This document shows, one piece after another, positions 17,701 to 31,353 of a stretch of DNA of 64,000 nucleotides. Positions within the stretch are counted from its first letter, which is position 1. Every line of letters starts with the position of its first letter. The position numbers and the translations under genes were made by a program. Source of the DNA: Ancylonema sp. (Eukaryota); contig JBFLGF010000163.1 in the NCBI GenBank assembly GCA_050230475.1, positions 1-64,000 of the forward strand, given 5' to 3'. The notes under the pieces were generated by a model. That model saw nothing but the letters and a program-made list of their open reading frames with translations, was not told where the DNA came from and made no database searches.

Positions 17701-20388
17701 GCTGTTGATAGATACAACGAAATTGTGAGAAATAGATGGATAGATAGATAGATAGAGACGACCATGTGAACGATATACCATTGACTTGCTTATTCCTCTA
17801 TTCCCTATTGCTTTTCATTGATATTACTGTAATTTTAAGTTGCCCTAAAAAGATTCTGAAGGCATGGAAAGAAAGAGGGAAACAAAATCATTAAGTATGG
17901 ATTTAAACAAACAAAGAAGTGAGAATGATTCAACATGGAATCAATGGTATAATAAATTGGAAAACAACCCCAAAATGACCTACCCCCCTTTGTAGATATT
18001 CCCTCCAAGCGTCGACGGGGTCGTCCTCGAAAATTCGACATCTCCGATTTTGAGAACGAGGCCCACACCTCATTGACCGCGCAGTCCTCACCTCCCGAGT
18101 CCACCCACGAGAAGAGTAACCATCAACAACAACAACACCAACCAAAACCGATGAGGCAGACAATCGGCCGAGCTTTGCCCTCCCCCTTATCTCCCTCCCA
18201 ACCCTCTCAACAACTCGCTGCCTTCATTCAGCAGCAACAACAAAACATTCAACAACAACAGCAACGCAAGCAGCAACAGCAAGAGGAGCAGCAACAGCAC
18301 CAACTCCAACTCCAAATGTTGTTGCAACAACAACTGCAAGCTTCGAGACAAGCCTTGCGCACGCGAGGGCAATCCGATCAATTCTTATCGATTCCACAAG
18401 TACTCCTCAACCCCTCATCGCATCATCCTCCCCCCCCCCCCCCCCCTTATTCCCTCATCATATGTATTCTCCCCTCTTTTCTATCTCTTTCCTCCTCTAC
18501 CACTTTATAAAGCCTTTTCTTGCATCGCATTTGGGTCGTTTGTTGTTCCTTATTTATTAGCTACCCCATAGACCATTCAGACATATATCCTTCATTTCCC
18601 ACTTTTCGTCCTTCAAGTCCCAAGCAATTGCCACCACTTTTTTCACGCAGCAACTCCAACTTCAAGCAAGATTGAATGCGGAATCTTCGTCGCCCCCACA
18701 ACACCCCCCAACTCCCCACCCGCCCCCACCCCAAATGCGAGATGCAGCAATGTCTGTAGAGAATGAGAGAACGGGGAGCGCACAACAACGATCGGACACA
18801 AGTTCTCGCTCCGTTGGTCACATGTATGGAGCGGACAGCACAAACAAACGGATCGAAGTTTCTAGACTCATCTCGGGGCCGCAATTGGTAATACGACGAT
18901 TTTCAAGTTTTTTTCGCAATGCAACGCTTGACGTCTCGCAAAAACTTCGAATGGTAACACAAATGGCTTCAATTATATTGCCTCGATGTTTAGGACTCCT
19001 TCATGTCACGACCTTTTCCGCACAACAGTTTTGTTTGATGCATCTCTCTTCTCTGCCTCGCAAATGCGATTTATGATATTTTCATACGCTGCCATGGTAG
19101 GGATGATGTGGGTCTTTGCTCTTTCTCTTGCTCACATTCCGCTTTTGTGGTGATATGTGTTATTCGTGACGCAGCAAGTAGGGCGGGAAGTGAACGGTAT
19201 CGTGGATGGAGTATTTGACGCGGGGTATATGCTCACAGCATTGGTGAACGGGCAACCTTATAGGGGGGTCCTATTCACACCCGTCAACTCACTTCCCCCT
19301 CCCGGCCTCACAGTAAGATTCGCGCATGTAGTTCAAGACCAATCAAAGAGCCTTCTCTTTTCTTGCAATTCTAGCGTTAGCGAAATCTCACCGAAAATCC
19401 GATACTAGAGGTAAACTATCCGAAATTCGCGATTTTGACCGCGCAGGTTTTGGCCAATCCTGTGGCGCAAGACCGCCGACAATTGCCGAACCCCCTTTCC
19501 CCCCAAAACCCCCCCTTCAACCTCAAAAGACCATCTTCCTCCACGTGGCAACAACAAGCTAGCCAGTCCCACACGTCCCTCCCCAATGCCCCTCTCGGCC
19601 CCCAGTCGCCCGCCGCCCACCTCCAGCCTCCTTCCTTCTTCTCAAACGCTCATGGTCATGGCTCATGGTCTCGCCTTGTTGGCGCGGGAGAGGCGCTCCC
19701 TGCTCTCCAAAGCGCCCCGGAATCTTCCGCGGCAACTCACTTACAAGTTCCGCACCAATCGCGGGAGGGCGGGGAGACACTAGATCCTCCTAGCAGGTCC
19801 TTTGGCAACCATCCGCTCACATCCACCACCGCACGAGAGATGGCCCGCCTCATCAACGAGATGCAAACTGCTCAAGGCGCGGTAGGCGTGTCGAATAGCA
19901 CCTCGATGGACCAATCGGACGTCCAAAGGCGTACCCATTCAGGATCAAGGATTCAACCCCTGTCAACGAGCAACTTGACCCAGAATTTCAATCCCCCCGT
20001 TGATAACGACCCAACAGGGGGTGGCGGCAATTCCGGACCTCGAGGCGGGGGGTGCTGGATTTGGCAACCGGGTCAAGGCCCCCCTAGCAGCCAAAGCGCT
20101 CAAACCGAGAGCCTTGGTAGGCATGGGGGGGTGACGACACCCCCTCCACAACCCATGAACTATCTCCCTCCCTCACATCAAGGATTCTCTGCGGATAGCC
20201 AAAACTACCATCACGCGAGGTCGGGGGTTGCTGTTTACCAGGGTCCACTTTTGAACTACCAAGATGTGAACATGCCCGTGCCAGGATTACATATGGTCCA
20301 AACTCCCACAAGTGCGCAGGGTTCGGGACACCAAAATCGCAACATGACTCAACTTCGACATGATGGTGCGAGTTGGGAGAGAGTGTAG
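14616..20388 (+). CDS. Kelch-repeat (beta-propeller) protein with AT-hook, poly-Q region and C-terminal ARID-HMG/MNM1-type beta domain; about 12 exons
   Basis: Exons approx. 14616-14747, 14937-15420, 15658-15701, 15926-15994, 16145-16311, 16513-16747, 17021-17099, 17328-17561, 17996-18399, ~18651-18887, ~19175-19311, 19448-20388. Six Kelch motifs (ERWGHSA, ARDSHTA, ARDSHSA, RRDSHAA, MRAGHSA, ARFSHTA), then GCGEDEHPL, KRRRGRPRK and VGREVNGIVDGVFDAGYMLTALVNGQPYRGVLF. Confidence 0.85.
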
Positions 20389-22562
20389 ATGTGAGTGTGC
20401 GGGGGAAGAGGAGTGTGGTCGTAAGTTTTGCACGATGGGGAGAACCTAAATGGTATCTCGATCCATCGATCTCGACTTGATTGTTTCATGACTTGCATCG
20501 AAGGCGCTTTGTGACGAGAAAGCACATCCATTCATTGTTTTTTTTGGTTTACTCATTGAAGTGGGTTTTTGGTGCTCTCATTTACATAGTCATAGTTCGT
20601 TCCTATTGATACATAGTGACATTAGGCTCCAATATCATCTCTCTCGTAAGCGCGAAGAAACATGTACCAAGAAAATTCATGCCCAAAGGTGCGCCCCTTA
20701 GGTACGACGACGACCATTGCTCATTCAAGTGACCAACGATTTCATGTAGTAGTTCGTGCTATCGATCCCTTCATGCAATACTTTGTACAAAATAAGGCAA
20801 TGTCTTACACATACTCATTCACTTCATCATGATCTAGAGAATGTGAATTTTGAGAACTAATGTCACTTTCACACTTATGAGCGTCATCTTGTTTTGTTAA
20901 AAAAAAATCGCTATAATGGGTAACAATGATGTAACAATGCGGTAACAATGGGATAACAATGGGGTATTGTCACCAAATCAGTCATCATATCATCATTTTA
21001 ATGTTCGTGATATGTTGTCTTACTTCGACAAATTTCTGCCCGTTTACTAAAAACATGGAAACCAAACCATTTGCCTTGTATTATGTTGAGCGGTTGCGCA
21101 TCTTTAAATGGACAAAGTCGTACGATCTCCAATTTTGCTCACACGCTCTAGCCTCAAATACCATGGCCGACACCCTCACTGCCACTGTTTGTAGCTCAAT
21201 AAACTTGCCCCCATGGTTTTGGATCCACCACTGATCAGACGGCGTGTTCTTCGCTATGGACATGACGAGCTTTTCGCCAAAATCACCCTCCTTGCTAACA
21301 TAAACCGCGTGAGCCTTGTCGTGTCGACAAAAATGTTATATGATTTCTTCACGAAGTCGGCCACTCTAAAATCCGTGACTGAGGTGTTGAGTGAGTAATG
21401 CTCAGTGTGACGGGTGCCCAATATTGCACAATATCCGAGTCCGGCGCGCGCCCAATATTGCACGATGTTTCCGTCTGTTCGATTATTTCCTAAATTCGTT
21501 AAGTTCGTATCGTACGATTAAGTAGATTCGCTAAATTCAGTCAGAACTTAAACCGAGCCAAGCTGACTTCTCATTGGTCAGCTTGGCGCCGCCTCCGCAA
21601 TGACTCTGGCCTCCGAGCCACGTTGTCGGACAATATTAGATCGTGTGCTTGTATGGTGGAAATTTGTGCTTATACGGCGGGAGGGCCTATAAGATTAATG
21701 GTGCCTACTCGACGCGGTAGATATACGCGATGAAATACGCCTATACACTGAAGCGTGATTATAAGACGAGAGTGTCTATAACGATAGGAGGTGGTTACAC
21801 GGTGTTTTGTACTTTCGTACGATGAACGTTATGCGGGTCTGGGTATCCACGGCTTTCAGTTTTCCTATGAATGATGCACTACCATGACATCAAACCTAAA
21901 AACAATTTAATCATGCACACAATGCAGATCCTGAAAACAAGTGTGGTCCGCGGCTCCGTTGCCGGGCAAGAAGTTTTCTATGAGAGAGATTACAGACTAT
22001 ATAGCCAGGCTCTCAGCCTGCCGGTCATTTCCTTGTCGCTTGAATCCTCTAATGGCAGCACGTCTACAGTGCGCCAAGTGTTGGTCCATGTACCAGTCCA
22101 ACTAACCCATCGACAACTTGTCGATCGTGTCGACAAGTGTCGGACATATCATACACGAAACTCCCAGTCCCGATGCATCTTTAGCACTACACGTACCAAC
22201 TTCCTAACCTATACTTTAGCACTAACTTTGACTTTCGGATTCGATACCCCGATCGATCCTCTCCTATCCGGACTAGGCCGAAACTTAAGCAATTCAGAAT
22301 TCAGATTAAACTTGAAATCCAACAAACATGACTCTAATTGGAGGTTTTTTTAATCTCATTTTTCTCGTCAACCCTTCATGTCGGAGGACCGCGAGGACCA
22401 ACCAAAACCAGGTACTGGGCTTTGGACCAACCCGTACCAAAAACGAAATTGTGAAGGACTGTGCAACCATGGCCGACGGTGACTAGAAATCGGGGAGGGA
22501 TGTCGACACACGTCATGAACGTCGTTTTTTTTCATGAAAGTGGCAATGCAGCAATTGTATTC

Positions 22563-23325
22563 TGTTACGAGCCAGTCAAACAAGTCGTCGAAATTGCATA
22601 GTTGCACGACACGCAATCACGGGTCGCGTGTCGTCCATTAGAGACACGCTTTTAGGCGGCGGCAAGAGAAGAGGCCTTTTGAAGTAGAACGTGGAATGAG
22701 ATTTGATGGCACACAAGACACAATGGATGAATAACAATAGAATTCGGAAAAGAGTACATGAGCTGGTCGGAATACCGGAATGGTATTCCGATCTGAATAT
22801 TTAAGGTCGGGAAATGGACTAGTAGGCACAATCTAGGATCTAGAGTATAGTCTATAGAGTAGGTAAGTGAAGCAGGTCTATGACTAGGCACACTCGATAG
22901 AAGCACAATTGGAACTAATCGTTATGAAGGAACATAACCGAGCACACACTAGATATACGGGCTAGAGTCCCTACAGTGGGTCACGCATCGTGACATTACA
23001 CTCCCCTCAAGGCGCGGCGGGGCGCGCATGGCGGGGATCCGGTATGGCTGAAAAAAGGCTGTGGAACTCAACTACGACCTGAGGTGCATTGAAAAGGTCG
23101 GAGGCAAGGCATAACCGACCCAGTCGACAAGATACGAAAGCTTGCCGCGTTGGAGACGCGGATCGAAGACACTTCATGCTCTGGCTCGCCATCTATAATT
23201 ATTGGCGGAGGTGGGGCAATGGAACGGCTAGGAAAATATTTGGAGATATGCGGCTCCAATAGCGAGACATGAAAAATTAAATGGATCCGCAGGGAATCAG
23301 GCAAGTCCAATCGATAAGCCGTAAA
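22563..23325 (-). mobile_element. Ty3/gypsy chromovirus remnant: integrase C-terminus with start of chromodomain, PPT and 3' LTR
   Basis: The minus strand encodes AYRLDLPDSLRIHLIFHVSLLEP...PPPPIIIDGEPEHEVSSI (post-GPY/F integrase tail and chromodomain start). The purine tract GAGGGGAGTGTAA directly precedes a 433-bp LTR (22563-22995) with termini TGTCACGA...TCGTAACA (7/8 inverted match). Confidence 0.8.
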
Positions 23326-24556
23326 TCTTTACAAAAGTAAGAAACTTTGATTGAAATAATAAATCGTCCATAAATTGACCAAAAAAACGAAATTATGTGA
23401 GACAAGTGGCCATTATCAAAACAAAGTTCTCACTCTTGTTGTGAGTGGCATTCTTTTAAATCATCAATATGTCGTTTTTCATCCTCGTCTCTTCCCTCAC
23501 GTGATCCATTCAACAATACGTTTCGGCTGCAAAGCTTGCCTATGCTAAAAAAAATCGAGTCTTTTCTTGTTGATCCATGTTTGTAGGTGCATTTACTTCA
23601 AGAAGTCGACGTTCTAGTCCGGGTACAAAATCATGATTTTTCTTTTGCCATTTTTTTTCTTCGCCAAAATGCTTCGGTATTGGAGTTTGTCTCACATTGG
23701 TCGAGTTGTTTAATACAAAGGAACAAGAAAATGCGCATACCACATCGGTCATTTCTTACTAGATCGGCGGCTGCGTTGCATCTAAGTGCTGAATCTAAGC
23801 TACGCCAGTTTGACATTTGATCCTAAGTCTAGTTTGTCTACAAAAGTCGACCGATTGCCAACTTTAAGGAATTTCCTACTACAAACTAGAGATGAAAAAT
23901 CCAAAGATTTGTATTCTATGTCACAATGCACTAGCTTTATTGCACGAGTACGTCCCAAAGTTGCCCAAAAATTGTGTGATGTGCCATGCATGCAATCCAT
24001 CCAGTGATTCGTATCATCCAAATCCAATTCCATATTCTCAATGGAGATTACAAAATTATGTATACTGACACAGTAATATGCATGTTATACACCTACACAT
24101 GTGGTGCAACATTATTTTAAGACAACATCGACTCACGTGCATGGAGTGAGACTTGTAGCTTATACGAAGGAGAAGATGCGCTTGAGTCACAAAATATATT
24201 TCAACTCGCATTTGCACACATTGGTGGGAAGTCGCACCTAAACCCTGAGCAGTCCCTCCCGTGAACCATTAAACACATGTTGCATTCACAACTTCGGATA
24301 AAATTTACACCGCGTAACGGATTTGAGCCTCGACTATGTACACTTTTTTACGCGACACCCCTATTTATAGATTGTACTATACCCCACCCTACACCTTTAC
24401 ATTCATGCATGGGTACACAATGTACATACACGTGATATGCATATGACCACTCTCGCGACACATAATGTTCTACCATGCACCATATTGCTATATAACAACA
24501 TACAACTCATATCTCTTTCCTCTTTCCCCCATCACCTATTCTCTCCCATCCAATTT

Positions 24557-27500
24557 TCAATTCCGATGCTTCCCATCGTCAAATTGCGCATTCCATTTCG
24601 ACTTAAACGTCTCCAAAAACGCTTTGGCTTCCGAGATCTCATTCCCCTTCCTCCTCCGATCCCAATGGAGCTCCGCTGCAAGCAACTCGGCCACCTTCGG
24701 AATCGCTTTTGTGGCGGCGTCCGTGTCCACAAACGCCAATCTCGACCGGCGAGCGATGAAATCGATGACCGATTCGCAGTACTCATGCCTCGCACAATAC
24801 GCAACCTCTGCCTCCAAATTCGGGTAACCGTGTGCCAGCCTCTTGCCCAGCCCTTCATTCTGCGCCCCAACCGATACCCATACCCGATCCGTACCTAACG
24901 AGTGAGAACATAAGCGGGGGCAATATCTCAATATGCCCCTCGACACATGCACCCACTCCAATCTATACGATCAAATGGCAACCCCTTCTTTTCCGACACT
25001 TTACACCGTTGAACAGAAACCAGACAGACGTAGGTCTAACTGCCTAGGTAGGCGCTGACGTCAGCATACGTAAGCGGACGCTGACTCACTTGTGCGATTC
25101 TAGCCACCAATCCTGCCCTCCCCCCGTAGGCGGCCGCCAAGTGTTTTGCGACGGCAGAATCCAGGGACCCCGGCACAAGTCTGTGGTTTGTGTTCTTCAT
25201 GCGCACAAACTGCTGCGTGAGTTGGGTGGAGAGGGCGGGGGTGAAGTCGTCGGAGCCGGTGAGTGGGAGGTATTCTGTGACGCATGAGGAAGCCGCCAGC
25301 TGTCCGGTTCTGATCGCGGCGTCCACTCCGTCTTCCGCCATGCTGCGATCCGATGGGAAAACATGGCAAAATTCGGCGAAATTATGGCAGAATTGTGGCA
25401 AATCGGGCAAAACAGAACAAATTTGGGCACAGTTGGGCAAGTTTGGGCACACTTGGAAAGAAATGGCAGAATTTGGCACAAGTTGGCGAAAAGGGGGGAG
25501 GAGGACAAAGTCTACAGAAATGAGATCCAATACGAATGGGAACATCGTAAAAAAAAATGGGTTTTCAATTTTCCATGTAATGTCAGTTCCTGCCTGTATG
25601 TTTAGTTTTGCTGCCAGCTGTCGTCATCGTGCGTTTCGTGTTTCGATGTTCAACACTTAACATTTCTGCCACCATTTTGCCACTCTCTGGCGCAAACAGC
25701 TGACACCTCGCTTTCGACCGCACACAAAACAGGAGTCTTTGTGTTTTCAGATTTTTATGGATTTTTTTTTAAATATTCACAAAAAATAGTTTTCCCATCA
25801 TTGCGCATCCTCTTCTCTTGTTCCCATCCATTTTCGGAGCCTGCACACTGTGTTTTGAAAACACACTCTGCTTTAAAAAAAAAACACACACAACTTGTCA
25901 AACTTGTCTCTACTCAATAAACCCTGGAAGTGGTGATTTAACCCAAAAGTACAGATAAATATAATCTATCGTTTTCAAGCAACAGCCTTTAAACTGATGC
26001 ACTTTTTGCACAACCCCCCATGCATACCCCTTGACATCATTTTGATATTCAAAAACCCTCTGAACCTTATTTTTCCTACCTTCCCCCCAATAAAAAACGA
26101 GGTTTCACAAAAAATAATCCCATCCCTAAACCCGCAAACATAGTATAATGAGTTTTTCATAATATTCGTAATAAAAGGATTCATTTCATACCTCATAAAA
26201 TCAGTGGAATCTATATGATCTACATCATCTATATTATCCATATAAAATATATAATCTATGTAATATATCATACGCAAAATGTACAACATATGTGTAATAT
26301 ATATAATATATATAACATATATACATGATACACATGCTACACATACCATGTATTGTATACATGACACACTCACAACCTCACGACCCACCGCCCCCACCTC
26401 CTTCCCTCACCATCTGTATGTCGTCCACTTGCCCCCCGTTATAGTCACCATCCCGTCCGCCCCCACGTGCACTATGTGGTCCCGGGAGATGCTGGCCGTG
26501 TCCGTGGCGTCCGGGTCGGACGCCAACGGACGGATGCCGCTCCACGCAGACAGCACGTCCTCCCGCCGCACCTGCGACCAACGCCACGTCAGCGCCACGT
26601 CAGCACCACGTCAGCGGCAAACAAGTGGGGCGCGTCAGTATTCTCTCGACCCGGATGTAGACATTGATGCCGAGCGACGGTGCGTGGGAAGTCCGATGGG
26701 TCTGAAGTCCGGCCAGAGTATTCGCGATTACCCCCCCCCCCCCCCCCCCCCTTCGCCCGTATGACAGAGAAATGCAGAGAGGATAAAACCCTAAAAAACC
26801 GCGAAAACCCCAAAAGAACTTCGGAAAACCCTAACAAACCTACAAAACTCCGCCCCCCAGAAATCCTCAATAAACCCAGAGACACACACTCACCCTCCCC
26901 ACCCCTCCCCCAGCCCCCCCTTACCCCCCCCCCCCCACCCCCCTTTCCCTCCCACCACCTTCACGCATAAGTAGTCCGCGATCGCCTCCAGAATGAACTG
27001 TATCTCCTCCTCCTTCGGTTCTGGGCGCATGGTGATGGCGGCGGAGCTGTCGGTGGTCCCCGCCAGCGTGCGCCCCTGCCACGGCAGCATGAACACCACG
27101 CGCCCATCCCTCGTTTTAGGCACAATCAGACCCATGGCGCGGGAAGAGTAGTAGTCCGGGAGGACGACGTGGACGCCGCTGGAGGGCTGGATCATGGGGA
27201 GGGCGGCTGGGGTGGACAGCTGGCGGATGCTGGGAGAGGGGGGGTGGGGGGGGGGAGGGGGAGTACAGGTGTCGGTTTATGGGTTTATGGGATTATGGGT
27301 TTACAGGTTTACGGGTTTATGGGTTTATGGGTTTATGGGTTTATGGGTTTATGGGTTTATGGGTTTATGGGTTTGTGGGTTTATGGGTTTATGGGTTTAT
27401 GGGTTTATGGGTTTATGGGTTTATGGGTTTATGGGTTTATGGGTTTATGGGTTTATGGGTTTATGGGTTTATGGGTTTATGGGTTTATGGGTTTATGGGT

Positions 27501-27765
27501 TTATGGGGGACGGAATCAGGATTCATTCTTTTCCTTTCTCGAGGGTGTAGTGATTGGTGGGGTGGCGGAGAAGATTTGAAGTGGCGTGTTTTATAGAAAA
27601 TCGGTACTCCGCAACTGACTGACTCTCTGTACAGCCTTGTGGGAGAGTGGTTGCTGCTCTGGCAATCCGGAAGGGGTGGCACACAATAGGTTAACAGTAC
27701 GTGTTCCAATGAGGACATTATGACGTGACGACGATTTAACATATGATGATACCTTAATATATATG

Positions 27766-27833
<68 letters not shown>

Positions 27834-30800
27834 ATGATGATGATGACAGGTTAGTCCCAAGTCCCTAGCCGGTGAAGGAAAGCCTATAACATATCCTTTA
27901 AAGCATTAAGGATGTACCACAAGGTGTTAAAAAATATGCATGAGAGCATGAAAGCATGAAAGATATACTTTGAAGTCTGAAAAATGTCTAATAAAATGAG
28001 TGAGGTGTGACCTTCAGGCAGTTCAGGCCTCCCTCCCCCCCCCCCTGTCCAAAAACAAACCACCAAAACGGAGCCCACACCAGACCCTTCCACCAAACCC
28101 TACTTCTTTAACCCTACTCCCATTCCATCCTTGTGTCATTCGTACCATCTTGGGGCTACTACTCCCTATTCAGCTTAAACTGATTCCATGGCTTATGGTA
28201 TCGCAACGAAAGTTGCTGGGCATTCCATCAAGGGTAGCCGACTCAAGAGCATCCAGACAAAAATAAATGAGGTGTGAAGAGATCAGCTTTCTATATCTTC
28301 TGAACGAGTTCCTTGGTGTCGGAACAGGAATCAAAATTAGGTCAACTGTGGTCAACCGGTTTGCAGTACCACCTAAAAGTGTGATGATCACATCAGCTAT
28401 TATTCTTCAGGCAGACTCTGACCTACAACCCCTAAACCCCACACACAACCCCAAGCCCTACACCCTAAACCCCAAACCCCAAACCCCAAACCCTGACCAC
28501 CCCCACCACCCCCACCTGTCGCAGAACGGTCCCGCCGCGTTGACCACCACCTTGGCGAACACTTCCATGCCCTGCCCCGTCAGCTGGTCCACCACGCGTG
28601 CCCCGCGGACCAATCCCGTGCCATCGTCCACCAGCAGCTGCTCCACGTTGGTGGGGTTGGTAATGATTGCCCCTGCCCGGGCGGCCGTGGTGGCGAGGGC
28701 CACATTCACACGGGCGTCGTCCATCTGCCCGTCGTAGTACACCACCGCGCCCTTCAGGGTGCGCCCATCTGGCCAGGAGAAAACAACAGGGGGAGCGCGA
28801 AGCGTCAGGAGAATACAACAGTGGGAGCGGGCGGTGGCAGGAGAGAGTTAGGGGGGCAGGCGTGCCGCCAGAAGAAACGAACAGAAGTGCTGCGCGGTGG
28901 TACGGGGGGGGTGGGGGGGGGAGCGGACCTTGATGTGTGCTGGAGAGGGTGGGGAAGAGCTGGAGCGCCTGGGTGGGGGAGCAGTAGCGCGACAGGTGGA
29001 GCATGCTCCTGCCCGCCACCAAGTCATAGGCCTTGAGGCCTGCCCAGTAGTACGGCAGCTCCCACCAGGCGTAGCAGGGGGTCATGGTCGGGAGGGGGCC
29101 AGTGAGGTGGGGGGCATTTCGCAGAAGGTTCGCCCGCTCGGCCAGGGCGTGGAACACTAGTTTCAGTTGGCCGACGTCTTGTTGGAAAAACGCCTTTTCC
29201 AAGTATCGCACTCCTGGCAGGGAGGGTGGGGGAGGGGCTGGGTTTTGTTGGCATCGAATCGAATCGAATCGGAATGAAATACTACTCCATTCGCCTCTAC
29301 TCCAAGTTCAAACTCCGATATGGTATGAGAACTCAGGAGGTACAGCAAGTGCACGAGCTGGAGCTAGAGCTAGAGCTAGAGCTAGAGCTAGAGCTAGAGC
29401 TAGAGCTAGAGCTAGAGCTAGGGCTAGAGGGGAGGGGTCAGGAAGGGAGAAGGGTAGACACTGGTAGAAAATTGAGAAACGAGAGAGATGCAAGTGGGGG
29501 TGGAGAGGGCGTGGGATGGGGGGAGCTGGGGGGGCCTCACCTCCATGCACCAATTTTGTGCTCCTAGAGGATGTGCCCGCTCCAAAGTCCTCCCTCTCTA
29601 CCAGAGCCGTCCGCAGGCCCCGGGTGGCAGCATCTAAGGCAATACCCGTACCCGTGGCACCTCCCCCAATCACTAGGAGGTCGAAGGGGGCGGCGGGGCT
29701 GCTGCCAGCTAGAGCTGACACCTGGACGTGGCGGGGAGGGACATCCTCGGATAGCACTGGGGAAGGGGGAGGGGGAGGAGGAGGAGGTGGAAGTGTGAGA
29801 AGGGGAAAAAAGGTGATCGCCTTACTCCTTTTACCTGTGCTGTAAAGGCTGTTTATGCGATGCGTAATGTGTCATGTGTCATGTGTTTATGAATGTGTAC
29901 ATATATACATGCGCACATGCATATACATACACACACATGTGCGTATATACTAACATGTATACATGGATGTACATACAGATAAGTGTACATACATGGACAT
30001 TCATTTGAACATCCATGCAACAACATCCATTCATTTGAACATCCATGCAACAACATCCATGGACAAAACATTGTCCATGTATTTTTTAATACCTTCATGC
30101 ATACATGTATGTTTTTTATGACAGACATATAGATGTGGATGTAGGGGAATTTGAGCACATGCAGTTTCCCGGAAGACAGGAGAGGGTACAGAGTAGAAAG
30201 CATACAAACAGGCCAGATAGTTGTCACCTCGTGTGGGTAGCTTAGGTGTTGATTAGGCAGGGTAAGAACATTTAGGCGTGAGTAGGTGTACAGAATCAGA
30301 TATACAGAGAAAGCGTCTCATGACCAGTTTTTTTTTTTTTTTTGGCCAGTTTATGCCTTTTTGCGACGGGAAGAAGTTAAGAGGTGAGAGTGGTGATTCA
30401 GGACTGGTCACTCTAAAAGTAGGAGTTGTCTGAACCTTGCTGTAAGTAGGAATAACCTATTGGATCGGTCAAAATTTACATCGAATACAGCCACTCAGAG
30501 ATAGTCAGTAAGATTTGAAAGCACCCTGGTAAATTTAATTGCGAGGGGTTCGATCACAAAGTGCTTAAATGGCAAACGGATGGCAAACAGTCCAGATACT
30601 GCAATGAGGTCGCGGCGACTTCTTCCATATTTTGAAAAAATACAGGGTGGCTGAACATGAATATGACGCAGTGCATCATCTGGCTCGGAAGGGGACCTGT
30701 AGAATCTGCTAAAAGCGACCCGCTTCATTCCCGTTATCTACGCCCTTGTTCTTCCTTGCATCGAACTGACCTGGCATAAGCGCTGGTGGCGCATTTTTTT

Positions 30801-30879
30801 TGCCGCCTAACAGGGAGAAGGCGGCCACACCTCCCCCTCCCCCCACCGCAAGCACTTGAAGTAAGCGACGAGCTGCCAT
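24557..30879 (-). CDS. SDP6: Mitochondrial FAD-dependent glycerol-3-phosphate dehydrogenase (SDP6/GPD2), at least 8 exons
   Basis: Minus-strand exons 30879-30771, 29756-29541, 29213-28929, 28768-28516, 27229-26959, 26571-26411, 25342-25090 and 24859-24557 are phase-consistent. Motifs: [78 protein letters not shown]-terminal ARHEYCES...[16 protein letters not shown]. Exon 1 is the least certain, and an extra small exon near 30.6 kb is possible. Confidence 0.94.
27275..27505 (+). repeat. Tandem (GGGTTTAT)n 8-mer array in an SDP6 intron
   Basis: Roughly 28 near-perfect copies, visible directly. Confidence 0.92.
29355..29428 (+). repeat. (GAGCTA)n hexamer microsatellite in an SDP6 intron
   Basis: About 12 copies, visible directly. 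Confidence 0.9.
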
Positions 30880-31353
30880 CAGTTCGCTAGGAAGGTTGAA
30901 TTGCTGGCGTGTGTTTCTCTGCCTGAGCCAAAAAAATTAAACAGATGCACTTTTGCCACATGTATCAACTATGATGACTGATGAAAGCGAAATTTCAACT
31001 GTAGTTGCGTGATTACAGTACAGGAATGATGACGACCGGTTATGCTGGAGGCCCTGTCGACTCAGCGCGGCAGGGTTGTAATTATCCAATTCCTCGATCG
31101 ACAGGTGGCAACATCTAAGTGCTCGACGGATTGTTAAACATGACATCCAGGAATCTCATCCGTTGGAGAATTTGATTGGTGCACTCACAGTTACCTTGGT
31201 ACGACCACGAGTAACCACGCATTAAACATGCATAAAACGAAAGTGGCTCCCGAATACTGGTTCGGTCCAGCGCGCGCGGGGGTGAGCCTGCTCCTCTGCC
31301 AGCTCTACACGTAGAGAATCGGATGGGGATTCTGTCGTTCGCTTTCAGTCAAC

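Noticed and set aside
21945..21970. GGCTCCGTTGCCGGG resembling a tRNA-Asp primer-binding site of LTR retrotransposons
   Set aside because: The match is imperfect, it is not preceded by a recognisable LTR end, and no gag follows.
27169..27596. ORFs with repeated GFMGLWVY units; also ELELEL/ARARAR (29.36 kb) and RFRFRF (59.15 kb) ORFs
   Set aside because: They are translations of intronic tandem repeats (GGGTTTAT, GAGCTA, TCAGGT).
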